This document shows positions 18,638-28,758 of a stretch of 64,000 bases of DNA, piece after piece. Both the position numbers and the translations under genes were made by a program. Source of the DNA: a virus. Its lineage: Duplodnaviria > Caudoviricetes. The DNA lies in IMG/VR virus record IMGVR_UViG_2930369814_000001, positions 1-64,000 of that record; one strand, written 5' to 3'. The notes beneath the pieces were generated by a model that did not search any database, was not told where the DNA came from, and saw only the letters and a program-made list of their open reading frames with translations. The stretch's first letter is position 1, and each line of letters begins with the position of its first letter.

Positions 18638-21600
18638 TCAGTTCGCGTTGATGACCTGGATGAGCTGCTGCTGGGAGTCGAGGACGCGGACGTCGATGAA
18701 GTCGGCGAGCGCCCGGTCCTGTGTGTGGATTTCCACGGTGATCGGCTCGCCAGATCCTCCGCGGGCCAGCTGGTTGAACTGCCTGCCCGTCAGCACCGGC
18801 TCTGGCCGCCCCGTCCCGTTGTAGGCGAGGTTGAAGCCGGGCTGCAGCATGCCGCCGTTGTCGTACTTGCCGGGTTCGAACCCGTACCAGCTGGTGAAGA
18901 GGCTGTCCTTGTAGCTGCGGGCTCGGCTGCCGACGATGACGCCGTCACCACCCCTGCTCTCGACGTTGGTCTTGCCGAGGGTGCCCGCGGTGTGGCCCAC
19001 TCCGCTGTTTGTGATGCCGATGCGGAACGCAGAGTCGCCGTGGTACACCCATCCGGGCGGAGCGGTCCTGCCAGAGAATGCACCGGTTGCCCACCTGCGG
19101 TGCGGCTTCTGACCTCGGATGACGGACTCGATCGCCGACATGAAACCGGAGCAGTCCCAGCTGGGGTTGCCGTTGCCGCCCCACTGGTAGGGCTTCCCGT
19201 TCTGGGTCTTGGCCCACTTGAGTGCGGCTTGGATCTTCGGGCCGCCGATGCCGGAGCCGCCCTTCTTGTCGGCTTCCTTGGCGTACCCGAACAACGTGTC
19301 GATGATCTTGTCCGGGATGCGACGGATCATCTTGCCGAAGCCGGTATCCATGCCAGGGAAAGACTTCAGCAGCGGATCGACGACGTTCTTGACGCCTGCC
19401 CTTGCCGACCGCTCCAGGGTGTCACCCAGCCACGACGCCCCTTCCTTGATCTTGTTCCAGGCGGCGGAGCCGACACCGAGCGCGGCCGTCGCCTTGTCCT
19501 TGATCCAGCCGAAGACGCCGCCATCCGCGAACCGCTGCATCGGGAACGTGCCGCCCGACGCGTACTTCAGCGACGTGTCCGTCGGCGTCATCGGATTGCC
19601 GCCGAAGGCGGGCGCAAGGGCAGCCTTCACGCCGCCAGCACCGCGGGACTTCGCCACGGCATTCATCGTGTTGACGAAGCCCGTGCCGACCGCCCGGGTG
19701 AACTCGGGGCGCATGATGGCCTCGCCGCCGGAGAGGGCGAGACCGCCCCCGGTCGGAGAGTAGAACTCGTGGACGTCCCGGCCCGGCGTGTAGCCAGGCA
19801 TGATGCCGCCGGACGCGAACTTGAAGTAGGGCAGCTTGTCCGCACCGAACGCCGACGCGATCTTGTTCCAGACGCCGCGGATGCCCGTGTTGTACACGGT
19901 GTCCACGACGAACTTGATCGGTGCCTTCGCATACCCCTTGATCTTGTCCCAGGAGTCCTTGATGCTCTCCGCCATCTTCACGAACGCCTCAACCACCGCG
20001 TCACGCAGCGTCGTACCCCAGCCGGGCACCGTCTTCGTGAAGAAGTCCCGCACCGGATAGATCACCCACGACTTGATGTTGTTCCAGCCGCCGAGGAGTC
20101 CGTCCCGAGCAGAGTTCCATGCACCAACGACCCGGGTCTGCAAGTCCACAGCCCAGCCCGGGATCTTCTTGGTGAAGAAGTCCCGGATCGGGTACAGCAC
20201 CCACGACTTGATGTAGCCCCAGCCGGTCGTAAAGAAGCCCGGGAGGGTCTTCGTCCAGAAGTCCGCGAACGGGCCGGCCAGCCAGTCCTTCACCGCCACA
20301 GCCGCGGTCTGGATGGCCGACCACACGGCCTTCACCGCGTCCCGGAACCACTCGCACTTCGTGTACAGCAGGACGATCACGCCGACGACGGCGATCACCG
20401 CGAGCGCAATCCAGCCCCACGGGCCGGCTTTGGAGATCAGATTGAATGCGGCCATGGCAGCGGACGCCAGCCACATCGCGCCCGACCACAGCACCAGGGC
20501 GATCTGCCACGCAAACGTCGCAGCACGCAAACCCCACAGCGCAATGATCAACTCCGGGGCCTTCGTAGCGAGCGTGCTCACCGCCGACGCCATCCCGCCC
20601 AAAAGCTCTAGCAGCGGACCGGACAGCGGCGACAAAGCCTGCCCGACGTCCAGCATCGCTGTGCCGATCTTCCCGAAGGTGTCGGCGAGCAGCGGGCCAT
20701 GCTCCGACGAGTAGGCGAGGAACCGCTCGAACTTGGGGCTGCCCTTCAGGCCGGTCCCCCAGTTCGCGAAGCGCTGTGTGATCCGCTGCATCCGCTCGGA
20801 GATGCCGTCCATGTGAGGCAGGAAGGCCTGCACGACACCGGCCATCCCCTTGAAGATCCGGCCGAATGAGATGCCGAGCCCTTCGATCGCCGGACCGACC
20901 GACCCTTCGAGGTCCTGCTTGAAGGACTTCCACCACGGCGACTTGAACCCAGCCGACGCCCGGTCCTGCAGCGCCTTGATCGCATCCGCCGCGGCCAGAA
21001 CGAACGGCGTCAGGCCCGGCAAACTGTTCTTCAAACCGTTCAATGCCGTCGTGAAAATTGGCATCACGGCCGGCTGCAGACTCTTGGACCAGGCGCCGAA
21101 CGCGTCCTTCAGACCGACAAACGCGTCATACGTTTCCCGAGCCTCCGGCGTCAGCTTCGCCAGCTCAGCCTGGTACTTCTGCTGTGCCAGGGCAGCCTGA
21201 TCAACGCCCCCGGCCGCAGTGAGCGACGCGGAGGCAATAAGACGCTGAGCCGAGGCGATCGAATCCGCGGCCGACTGCTGCGCCGACGCCAGCTGCTCCT
21301 GGGCGCGGGCCACCGACCGGGCCCCGTCCTCCTGAGTGCGCGCCACATTCCGCTGCGCCTCAGCCACACCATTCTGGGCCTCAGCAATGTCCCGCTGGGC
21401 CTGCACCTGCTGCCGGGCCGCATCCTCGCGAGCCTTGCCCAGCGCCTTCTGCTGGTCGGCAACGTTCTTCTCCGCGTCCTGCAGCCGCTCCTGCGCGTCC
21501 CGGACCCGCTCCGACCCGTCGACACCGGCCTTGTCCGCGGCCGACTTCTCCGCGGCGAGATCCTTCGTCTCGGACTTCTGGTCCTTGAGCCGCTGCACGG

Positions 21601-22915
21601 CCTGGTCGTAGGCCAACTGCGCACGCTGCCGGTCCAGTTCGGAGGCGTTGGCGCCAGCCGCCTGTACGGCGCGGAGTTTCTGTTCCGCCTCCTGCACGGC
21701 CAGCGTCGCGTCCCGCTCCGACAGCTTGGCGTTGGCCAGCCGCGACTCCAGGTCCGCGAGATCCTGCGCCGCGTCGCGGCGGGCCTGGCTCAGATCCTCC
21801 TGGGCCCGGACAGCGTCCCGCTGCGCGTCCGCCAGAGACTCCTCGGCCGTCGCGACCTGTTCGGCGGCCTGCCGCTGCCGGTCCGCGGCCTGCTGCACCG
21901 CATCCGCCAGCGACTGCTTCGCCTGCCGCACCTGGTCGGCGGCCCGCTCGTTGGCCTCCGCGGCGTTGCGGACCGCATCCGACACGCCCTGCTCGGCCTG
22001 CGCGATCTGCCGGGCCGCGTTGCGGTGCGCGGTCGCCAGTGACTGCTGGGCAGACGCCATCTGCAGCGCCTTCTGCGCACCCTGGGAGGCGGCCTGGCCG
22101 CCCTGCAGGGACGCCTGCGTCGACGCGTCCTGGGCGGCCTTCTGCGCCTGCATGACCTTGCCCATCTGCATGAACGCAGGCACAGCCACCAGAGCAATCG
22201 AGCCGACACCAACCGCGGCAGCCGTCGCCGCAGCCGCAATCGCACCCAGACCAGCCGCCGCCACCGGAAGCACCGGCAACAGAGCCGGACCCAGCGTGAT
22301 CGCAGCACCGACCAGCAGACCGATGTTCGCCGTCGCCGACCGAGTATCCACGTCAACATTCGCAGTACGCCCGTCCAGCCGGTTCACCTGGGCGTTGAAC
22401 GCCGCGAGCTGGGCCGATGCTGCCGCAGCATCCACCCGGATCTGCACGTCAGCATCCGACGCCGACAGGCGGTCCAAACGGGCCTGCAGCTGCTCCATCG
22501 CAGCCCGCGCCGTCGCCGCCGAGACGTCGATACCGATCCGGGCATCCGACAGTGCCCGCATCCGGGCCTGGATCTCCGCCAGCTCCCGCTGGGCATCCGA
22601 ACTGTCGGCGCGCAGCCGGATCTCCGGCAGGGCAGCCAGACCCGCCTGCAGTTGAGCCCTCAGGGACCGGGCAAACGTGGACCCGGTCTGCTGACCCTGC
22701 CGTGCGGCCGGGGCCTGCGCGGTGCGGCCACCCGTCGTCACACCGTTCCGGATCGCCTGCGCCGTCTGCGAGGCGATGTGGCGGCCGATGATCCGGCCGA
22801 TCTCCTCGCCAACCGCATCCGCGGCAGGCACCAGCTGCCGCTGCAGCCGGCGCGTGATGCCCTGAGCGTTGGGCAGAACATCAACTTCGACGGAGCCGAC
22901 AGAAATAGCAGGCAC
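18638..22915 (-). CDS. tape measure protein with C-terminal NlpC/P60-like peptidase
   Basis: 1425 aa, Ala/Gln coiled coil, Trp repeats, GKPYQWGG...DCSGFM...HTAG. Confidence 0.92.
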   Translation of the reverse strand: MPAISVGSVEVDVLPNAQGITRRLQRQLVPAADAVGEEIGRIIGRHIASQTAQAIRNGVTTGGRTAQAPAARQGQQTGSTFARSLRAQLQAGLAALPEIRLRADSSDAQRELAEIQARMRALSDARIGIDVSAATARAAMEQLQARLDRLSASDADVQIRVDAAAASAQLAAFNAQVNRLDGRTANVDVDTRSATANIGLLVGAAITLGPALLPVLPVAAAGLGAIAAAATAAAVGVGSIALVAVPAFMQMGKVMQAQKAAQDASTQASLQGGQAASQGAQKALQMASAQQSLATAHRNAARQIAQAEQGVSDAVRNAAEANERAADQVRQAKQSLADAVQQAADRQRQAAEQVATAEESLADAQRDAVRAQEDLSQARRDAAQDLADLESRLANAKLSERDATLAVQEAEQKLRAVQAAGANASELDRQRAQLAYDQAVQRLKDQKSETKDLAAEKSAADKAGVDGSERVRDAQERLQDAEKNVADQQKALGKAREDAARQQVQAQRDIAEAQNGVAEAQRNVARTQEDGARSVARAQEQLASAQQSAADSIASAQRLIASASLTAAGGVDQAALAQQKYQAELAKLTPEARETYDAFVGLKDAFGAWSKSLQPAVMPIFTTALNGLKNSLPGLTPFVLAAADAIKALQDRASAGFKSPWWKSFKQDLEGSVGPAIEGLGISFGRIFKGMAGVVQAFLPHMDGISERMQRITQRFANWGTGLKGSPKFERFLAYSSEHGPLLADTFGKIGTAMLDVGQALSPLSGPLLELLGGMASAVSTLATKAPELIIALWGLRAATFAWQIALVLWSGAMWLASAAMAAFNLISKAGPWGWIALAVIAVVGVIVLLYTKCEWFRDAVKAVWSAIQTAAVAVKDWLAGPFADFWTKTLPGFFTTGWGYIKSWVLYPIRDFFTKKIPGWAVDLQTRVVGAWNSARDGLLGGWNNIKSWVIYPVRDFFTKTVPGWGTTLRDAVVEAFVKMAESIKDSWDKIKGYAKAPIKFVVDTVYNTGIRGVWNKIASAFGADKLPYFKFASGGIMPGYTPGRDVHEFYSPTGGGLALSGGEAIMRPEFTRAVGTGFVNTMNAVAKSRGAGGVKAALAPAFGGNPMTPTDTSLKYASGGTFPMQRFADGGVFGWIKDKATAALGVGSAAWNKIKEGASWLGDTLERSARAGVKNVVDPLLKSFPGMDTGFGKMIRRIPDKIIDTLFGYAKEADKKGGSGIGGPKIQAALKWAKTQNGKPYQWGGNGNPSWDCSGFMSAIESVIRGQKPHRRWATGAFSGRTAPPGWVYHGDSAFRIGITNSGVGHTAGTLGKTNVESRGGDGVIVGSRARSYKDSLFTSWYGFEPGKYDNGGMLQPGFNLAYNGTGRPEPVLTGRQFNQLARGGSGEPITVEIHTQDRALADFIDVRVLDSQQQLIQVINAN

Positions 22916-22936
22916 CGGGAGCCTCCTCCCAGCGCC

Positions 22937-23392
22937 CTACGCGGCGCCCCCTTGCAGCAGTTGCAGCAGCCGGTCGGCGGACTTCTCCGTGAGCTGCGCC
23001 TTCTTCTTCCGCGGCCCGGCACCAGGCCGGCGCATCGGCTCAGGCGGATCTGGTCGTTTCGACTTCTTGTCGGTGTTGAGGCAGATCAGCGTCCACTCCA
23101 TGCGCCGGATGGCGTCCACGGCGGCGGCGAGGAGCTGTTCCTGCTGTGACCAGGGAGCCTTCTCCGGTTCGCCCTTGTCCGCCTGGGCGGTGATCTGCTC
23201 GGGGGTGAGGCCGTTGCGGAGGGCGGTCATGGTGTGCGACTCGGGCGGCAGATGCTCGATGAACACCCGCAGCCACCTCCACGACCGCTTGCCGGTGAGG
23301 ACGTCGGCGATGTCGTAGTGCCGGTCGATGAGGTCGGCTTCTACCGCCTCCGGGTGGGCCTGCCAGATCGCGACCGTCCCCCGGACTTTCCC
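22937..23392 (-). CDS. tail assembly chaperone, -1 frameshift extension (gpGT-like)
   Basis: Frame GKVRGTVAIWQAHPEAVEADL... entered at GGGAAAG. Confidence 0.8.
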   Translation of the reverse strand, partial: GKVRGTVAIWQAHPEAVEADLIDRHYDIADVLTGKRSWRWLRVFIEHLPPESHTMTALRNGLTPEQITAQADKGEPEKAPWSQQEQLLAAAVDAIRRMEWTLICLNTDKKSKRPDPPEPMRRPGAGPRKKKAQLTEKSADRLLQLLQGGAA

Positions 23393-23775
23393 AGCGGCTC
23401 TCCGGACTTGGCGCTGGCGTCCGCGACGAAGTCGAGCCACTCCTCCAGCATCGGGTCGACTTCGAGGTAGTACTCGTAGTCGTCCGGGTGCAGCACCTTC
23501 TCCGCGAAGGTGTCGATCTGCCCGGCGTTCAGAGCGCGCTGCCAGGAGGTGCGCCACATCGATGGTGGCACGACCAGAACCTCCTGGCCGCACAGTTCCG
23601 CGGTGACGTAGCCGTCGGCTTCGATCTCCTGCGCTTCGGCGGCCGACACCTCGACGTCGTCGACCTCCGGCTCCACATCCGGCTCGACCGCCCGCCGGGT
23701 GGCGGGACGGGATGCGGCACGGGCCGCCGTGCGCGGCTTCCTGCTGGTGCTGGGGTTCTTGCTCGTGGTGGCCAC
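23341..23775 (-). CDS. tail assembly chaperone (gpG-like)
   Basis: Between major tail and tape measure genes; ends ...EPLGKS.. Confidence 0.85.
   Translation of the reverse strand: MATTSKNPSTSRKPRTAARAASRPATRRAVEPDVEPEVDDVEVSAAEAQEIEADGYVTAELCGQEVLVVPPSMWRTSWQRALNAGQIDTFAEKVLHPDDYEYYLEVDPMLEEWLDFVADASAKSGEPLGKSGGRSRSGRPTRRR
23386..23392 (-). other. programmed -1 frameshift slippery site
   Basis: G GGA AAG in frame, identical to the lambda G/T heptamer. Confidence 0.85.
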
Positions 23776-23870
23776 GGCGCGGGCTCCTTCTTCTCACAGG
23801 GCGCGGGCATGGAAAGTGGTGAGGTGGGCGGGCCGGGCCCGCGCCGACGGTGATCGGCCCGCCCACCAGC

Positions 23871-24458
23871 TCAGGACCCGGTGTACGCCTCGGTCTCCGG
23901 CACCCGGTCGAAGTGGTACACGGTGAAGCCGGCCGAGTCCGGATAGCAGGTGATCGTCCACTCGTAGCCGGCGACCTCATCCTGCTTGTGCGTCACATCG
24001 GAACGCTCGGTGATCTCCGCCTCGGGGCAGTAGAAGCCCCGCTGGAAGTTGTCGCCGTCCAGGACGACGAACCAGAACGCCCGCCGGTCCGGCGACGGCG
24101 ACGCGGTCTCCGCGAACGAGGTGAGACCCGCCGTCGGCGTCAGATCGGCCGTGTCCAGCCGGTACTGCAGGGCCTGCACCGTCGTCCGCCCCGTCTCCCA
24201 CACCGTCAGCCCGAACGTCCGCAGCGACGATGTGATCGCGGTCCTGATCGGCGCCGTCAGACCCCACGGCGTGAACGACTCCGAGTCCTCCTCGAAGCCC
24301 TGCACCAGACCGTCGTCCGAGATCGCGCCCAGCGGCAGCCACGGAGCCAGCGGCTGGATCGCCGGATCACCCGGCGACGTCGTACCCAGCGGAGCCGTCC
24401 AGCCGGCGCCGTTGGCGCCGACCTCCAGCAGATCCGCAGCGCGGGTGATGTTGACCAT
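23871..24458 (-). CDS. major tail protein
   Basis: LGAISDDGL...FTPWG...; position in the operon; GGAG RBS. Confidence 0.85.
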   Translation of the reverse strand: MVNITRAADLLEVGANGAGWTAPLGTTSPGDPAIQPLAPWLPLGAISDDGLVQGFEEDSESFTPWGLTAPIRTAITSSLRTFGLTVWETGRTTVQALQYRLDTADLTPTAGLTSFAETASPSPDRRAFWFVVLDGDNFQRGFYCPEAEITERSDVTHKQDEVAGYEWTITCYPDSAGFTVYHFDRVPETEAYTGS

Positions 24459-24531
24459 GATGTCTCCAGACATGCGTGAAGCCCGCGCACGGGCGGGAAC
24501 GGAAAGGGCCTGGCGCGGGCCGAACAGCCGG

Positions 24532-24924
24532 TCAGGAAACCGGGTGACAGAAGATCTCGAAGGTTCCGCCCACGCGACGCAGGGCGGTGTTCTCGTAGGG
24601 GCGTGCGGCGGGCAAGGTGACGACACCGGCGCGGCCGATGGTCAGGGTGCTGGTGGTCGAGCCTCGCAGGTCCCGCTCCGCCCAGGCCACGACCTCGCGG
24701 GCCAGGTCGAACGCCTGCTGTCGGGTGGCCGCGTACACGTCGATATCGACGAGCATCCGCGCCAGCCTGCTCGCGGCGAGCTCACCGGCCGGGACCTGCG
24801 TGATCTGGATCGTCGGCAGTTCCTCGAGCAGGTTGTTGTCCAGCTCGTCCCGGACCACCGCGTCCGGCCATCGGGCCTGAGCGCGCGGGATCAGTTCGCC
24901 CTCGATGTCGACGACGACGGTCAC
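24532..24924 (-). CDS. tail terminator
   Basis: VDIDVYA motif and gene position. Confidence 0.75.
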   Translation of the reverse strand: MTVVVDIEGELIPRAQARWPDAVVRDELDNNLLEELPTIQITQVPAGELAASRLARMLVDIDVYAATRQQAFDLAREVVAWAERDLRGSTTSTLTIGRAGVVTLPAARPYENTALRRVGGTFEIFCHPVS

Positions 24925-25250
24925 TGGTTCCGCCCGCCGATCTGTGCGGCCCGCAGCAGCACGTGGTGGGCGGGCACCTTTTCGGTGCCGTACTCCACCC
25001 AGCGGGCGTAGTAGGCGGTGTTGCGGACGTAGCCGACAGCGCGGTCTCGGCGTCGGCCGCCGCGGCGAGTGCTGTCCGTCTCCCACGACTCCTTGTAGTG
25101 CCCTGGGTTGGGGCTGCGCTGATCGACTGGGGAGAGGGCGACGGCGACGCTCTTGATGACCTCGGCTCGGCGCCTCATCTCGGCTTCCATGCCGGGCATG
25201 CGCAGCATCTGCCCGATGCCCTTCCGCTTCGGCTTGAACCTGGCAGCCAC
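24921..25250 (-). CDS. HK97 gp10-like neck protein
   Basis: SPVD...GHYKESW...YARWVEYGT. Confidence 0.85.
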   Translation of the reverse strand: MAARFKPKRKGIGQMLRMPGMEAEMRRRAEVIKSVAVALSPVDQRSPNPGHYKESWETDSTRRGGRRRDRAVGYVRNTAYYARWVEYGTEKVPAHHVLLRAAQIGGRNQ

Positions 25251-25265
25251 GAGTACCTCCCTTGG

Positions 25266-25637
25266 TCAGCCGGTGACGCGGTCGGCGGCGAACTGGACGA
25301 CACCGCGGGTGCCGGTGAACGGGCTACGCCCCCAGTCGCCGGGCTCGCCGGTTATGTCGCAGTCGACGCCGCGGATGCGGGCCTTGTCCGTGGTGCGGAG
25401 CGGCATGCCGGGCTGGTCGGCGGGGGCGTACACGGTCCAGCCGACGATGACCGTGTCCCGCTGCTGCTGCTGTTCGCCGCCCACCTGCGGCGTCTCCGCC
25501 CTGGGGGCGACCACGCAGCCCGGGATGTCGAATGACTCGTCGGGTCCAGGCAGCGGCTGGCCGCGAGGGCCGCGGCCCGGCGACGGGCCGGTGCGGACGA
25601 TCCGCACAGTCTCCCCGAAGGGGTACGGGGCGGGCAT
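25266..25637 (-). CDS. head closure (stopper) protein
   Basis: GEPGDWGRSPFTG motif and gene position. Confidence 0.75.
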   Translation of the reverse strand: MPAPYPFGETVRIVRTGPSPGRGPRGQPLPGPDESFDIPGCVVAPRAETPQVGGEQQQQRDTVIVGWTVYAPADQPGMPLRTTDKARIRGVDCDITGEPGDWGRSPFTGTRGVVQFAADRVTG

Positions 25638-26050
25638 CAGCTGTACCCCCAGCCCGGTTCGAACTCGTCAGCGAAGCCCAGGTCGTCGACAGGCCACGTC
25701 GGCGACGGATCCGCATCCGCCGGGGTCGGGTCGATCGTGAACGCCCCACCGCGGCCAGCCAGCGACTTCAACGCCGACTTGTCGGCCTTCGTCAGATACA
25801 GGCCGCCAGAACCCTGGGGTCGCTGCACCGACATCGGGCCGATCGTCTCGTAAGACACCTGCTGCGGGTTGACATAGGCGCGGCCTGCCACCGACAGGAC
25901 GACCGCCTCAGCACCCTCAGGGAGAGGCTTCACGATCGTCTGGCAGAGAGCAATCGCCGACGTGATCAGCAGGTCAGCACGTGCACCGTCGATCTCGCCC
26001 AGCCCCAAATACAGGCTGAGCTGCTCGGCGGTTGGAGGGACGAATGCCAT
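25637..26050 (-). CDS. head-to-tail adaptor
   Basis: RAYVNPQQVSYETIGPMS...GLYLT. Confidence 0.8.
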   Translation of the reverse strand: MAFVPPTAEQLSLYLGLGEIDGARADLLITSAIALCQTIVKPLPEGAEAVVLSVAGRAYVNPQQVSYETIGPMSVQRPQGSGGLYLTKADKSALKSLAGRGGAFTIDPTPADADPSPTWPVDDLGFADEFEPGWGYS

Positions 26051-26060
26051 GACGCCCTCC

Positions 26061-27089
26061 TCAGGCCAGAGACTCCACAGCCGCACACCACGCCGCCAGA
26101 TCAGCGGCCGGATCCAGCTCCGCAGACCGAGCCTTCGCCCGCTTCGACGCCAGCCGGTACTCGGCAGCCGACAGCAGCCTCCGCAGGACCGCCTCGTAGC
26201 CGTCCACATCGTTGCGGTCGACAAAGACCCCGGCCTCACCGAGCGACTCGCATAGGCCCGGCGTCGGGTGAGCCAGGACGGGGATACCGCTGGCGAGCGC
26301 CTCCACCCCGGCCCGGCCCCACGACTCGTAGGACGACGGCATCAGCAGCACCCGAGTCCGGGCATACACCCGCTGCCGCATGTCCTCGCCGCGGACGTGG
26401 TCGACGATCTCCACATTGGGCAGGTCGGGCAGGATCTGTTGCCCGTAGGCGCCCCTCACTGCGATGAACTGCTGGTCCGGCATTCGGCGGGCCAGCGCGT
26501 CGAGCACCTTGCCGCCCTTCTCCGGGTTGCAGTTGATCAGCGTGACGGCCTTGCCGGGCTTCGTCGCGTACTCGTCGGCGAACACCGGAGGCCGCACGAT
26601 CAGCGACTCGGTGGGCCGGATGGCCTTCGGGTACTCGGCGAAGAACAGCTCCGCCTCCCGCTCCATCCACTGGCTGTTGTAGACCGCCAGCGTGGTCCCG
26701 CCTGCCGCAGCGTCCCGGAACGTCGGCCGGTGCGTGTTGTGGCACACCACGACCAGCGGCTTGCCGTAGCCCCGGGCCAGGGACGCCGTCGACGACACCG
26801 TCTCCAGATGCGCCAGCAGCACATCCGCGCGGCGCACCGCCGACGGAAAGTCCAGGCGGGACTCCAGCGGCACCACCTTGATGCCGCGGTACTCGTACTC
26901 CTCGTGGGCCTTGCCGTAGCGGGACAGCCACACCTGCACGTCGTGGCCACGCTCCACCAGCGGCCGAAGCATGCTGGCGAGCATGTGCTCGGCACCCGCA
27001 TTGTGCTCCGGCGGAAACGCATGGAAGCGGGCCACCACCCGCAGCGGCTTGGCGGTCCCGCCCGGCGCGGAAGCCGGGACCGCCCCCAT
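26061..27089 (-). CDS. GT4-family (GT-B fold) glycosyltransferase
   Basis: NAGAE, EKGG, MPSSYESWGRAGVEALASGIPV. Confidence 0.9.
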   Translation of the reverse strand: MGAVPASAPGGTAKPLRVVARFHAFPPEHNAGAEHMLASMLRPLVERGHDVQVWLSRYGKAHEEYEYRGIKVVPLESRLDFPSAVRRADVLLAHLETVSSTASLARGYGKPLVVVCHNTHRPTFRDAAAGGTTLAVYNSQWMEREAELFFAEYPKAIRPTESLIVRPPVFADEYATKPGKAVTLINCNPEKGGKVLDALARRMPDQQFIAVRGAYGQQILPDLPNVEIVDHVRGEDMRQRVYARTRVLLMPSSYESWGRAGVEALASGIPVLAHPTPGLCESLGEAGVFVDRNDVDGYEAVLRRLLSAAEYRLASKRAKARSAELDPAADLAAWCAAVESLA

Positions 27090-28042
27090 CAGGAACCGCT
27101 CGCAGAGCCCTGGAACTTGACGAACGCGTCGACGTCGCCCATGACGAAGCCGTAGTACGCCTCCGCCAGCAGCAGCACCAGGTTCTCCTGGAACGCCGAG
27201 TGCACGCCGCCGTCCTCGTCAACGTAGGTGGCCTGGTCGGAGACACGGACCGTGATGTCCATGCCCACGCCGTAAGCCGCCTGCGACCAGTCGCCGCCGA
27301 TCGCCCGCAGGCCCGTGTCCGTCGACGCGGACTGGCGGCGCTGCTTGCCCGACACGCTGCGGGAGTAGGCGAGCGGCTCGCCGATCAGCGTGCCGGCCGC
27401 CGCCATGTCCGTGCCCGGCGTCTGCGTGTCCACCAGGATCGGACGGCCCGTGGTGTCGGTGGCCAGGAGCAGCTTCGGCTTCAGCCGGTGGTCGGCGACG
27501 GTGCCGGTGTAGTCCCAGTCGCCGTCGATAACCTGCTCCATGCCGGTGACCAGGTCGGCCCAGATGCCGCCCTGGGCCTGCGTCGCGTCGCCCAGCGTCA
27601 CCGCGTTGGTGGTGGCCGCCAGGTACTCGGAGAAGGGACCAGTGGCGCCCTTCATCGTCTTGCCGTGGATCGCCGCGTGGTCGAAGGCCCGGGCGAACGC
27701 GGTCGGCAGATCCTTCTGCAGCTGCTGGTAGAGGCCCGCCGTGTTCGTCCGGGCGACCTCCATCGCCACCGGGATGAGCACGGCCAGCTTCTTCGCCTGC
27801 ATCTGCTTGACGTCGACGCCACCGGTCGACAGGGGCTTCTTCGCCGCCTGCCCGACCCAGTCGGCGGTCGGCACGTCCATCGGGATCGGCACCGACGTGG
27901 TCGCGTCCAGCGACAGCGGCGCCCGCCGGGCGAGCGCCATGACCGCAGACGCCTCGACCGACTTCTCGAAGATCGGGGCGGTGATGGTCCGCGGCAGAAG
28001 TTCACCGGGGACGCTGCTGGTGGTGATGGGGGCCGTAGCCAT
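27089..28042 (-). CDS. major capsid protein (HK97 fold)
   Basis: WVGQAAKKP, KKLAVLIPV, GDWSQ, FQENLV. Confidence 0.92.
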   Translation of the reverse strand: MATAPITTSSVPGELLPRTITAPIFEKSVEASAVMALARRAPLSLDATTSVPIPMDVPTADWVGQAAKKPLSTGGVDVKQMQAKKLAVLIPVAMEVARTNTAGLYQQLQKDLPTAFARAFDHAAIHGKTMKGATGPFSEYLAATTNAVTLGDATQAQGGIWADLVTGMEQVIDGDWDYTGTVADHRLKPKLLLATDTTGRPILVDTQTPGTDMAAAGTLIGEPLAYSRSVSGKQRRQSASTDTGLRAIGGDWSQAAYGVGMDITVRVSDQATYVDEDGGVHSAFQENLVLLLAEAYYGFVMGDVDAFVKFQGSASGS

Positions 28043-28053
28043 GATGTCCTCTT

Positions 28054-28698
28054 TCAGCGGCCAGGAAGCCGCGAACTCAGCCACCCGGCGAACTCATCCG
28101 CCGGGTTGGGGGCCTGCTTCTTGTTGGCACCGGATGCCTGTGTGCGGTCCGGTGCGGGACGCCGCGGGCCCTCCTGGGGCTGGGTCTTCGCCCAGTGCGG
28201 CTTGCGCTCGAGGAGCGCGTCGAGGTCCGCCTTGATGGCCGCCTCGTCGATGTCGCCGTCAGAGTCGATGTACGAGTCGAGATCCAGCGCGCCAACCGCG
28301 TCCTCCGGGTCCGCGAACCCGGGCATGGCCAGCGCCTGAACCTGGGAGCGGACCAGCTTCTGACGCGTCTTCGCGATCTGATCCCGCGCACGCTGCAGCT
28401 GGTCGTTGAGCCGCTCGGACTCCGACTTCTCGGCGTCCTTGATGCGCTGCAGCTCCTCGGCCGCCGGCTCCAGCTCCTTCAGGCGCTTGCGGAGGTTCGC
28501 GGCCTCGCTGTTCTTCTTCCGCAGCTCGGCCTCGAACTTCTTCCGGTCGAACGGCTCCTCGCGGCTGCCGGTGTCCGCCTCCGGGGCGGTCTCCTGCTGC
28601 TCGGTACCGTCCGTCGCATCGGTGGCCGTCGCGTCGACGGTCTCCTCGGCGCCGGAGTCGGTCTGCTGCTCGCTGGTCTGCTCGGTCTCTTCGGGCAT
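28054..28698 (-). CDS. capsid scaffolding protein
   Basis: Acidic N-terminus, coiled coil, LLERKPHW; precedes the capsid gene. Confidence 0.85.
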   Translation of the reverse strand: MPEETEQTSEQQTDSGAEETVDATATDATDGTEQQETAPEADTGSREEPFDRKKFEAELRKKNSEAANLRKRLKELEPAAEELQRIKDAEKSESERLNDQLQRARDQIAKTRQKLVRSQVQALAMPGFADPEDAVGALDLDSYIDSDGDIDEAAIKADLDALLERKPHWAKTQPQEGPRRPAPDRTQASGANKKQAPNPADEFAGWLSSRLPGR

Positions 28699-28758
28699 GA
28701 CGAATCGGCCCTCCAGGGGCTGGTGAAAAGGGAATGGCCGCCACCAGGGCGGCCAGGG

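Noticed and set aside
18455-20611. 718-aa + strand ORF
   Set aside because: Antisense to the tape measure gene; Arg-rich with no recognisable motifs
21200-22150. Quasi-repetitive DNA
   Set aside because: Explained by the Ala/Gln coiled coil of the tape measure protein
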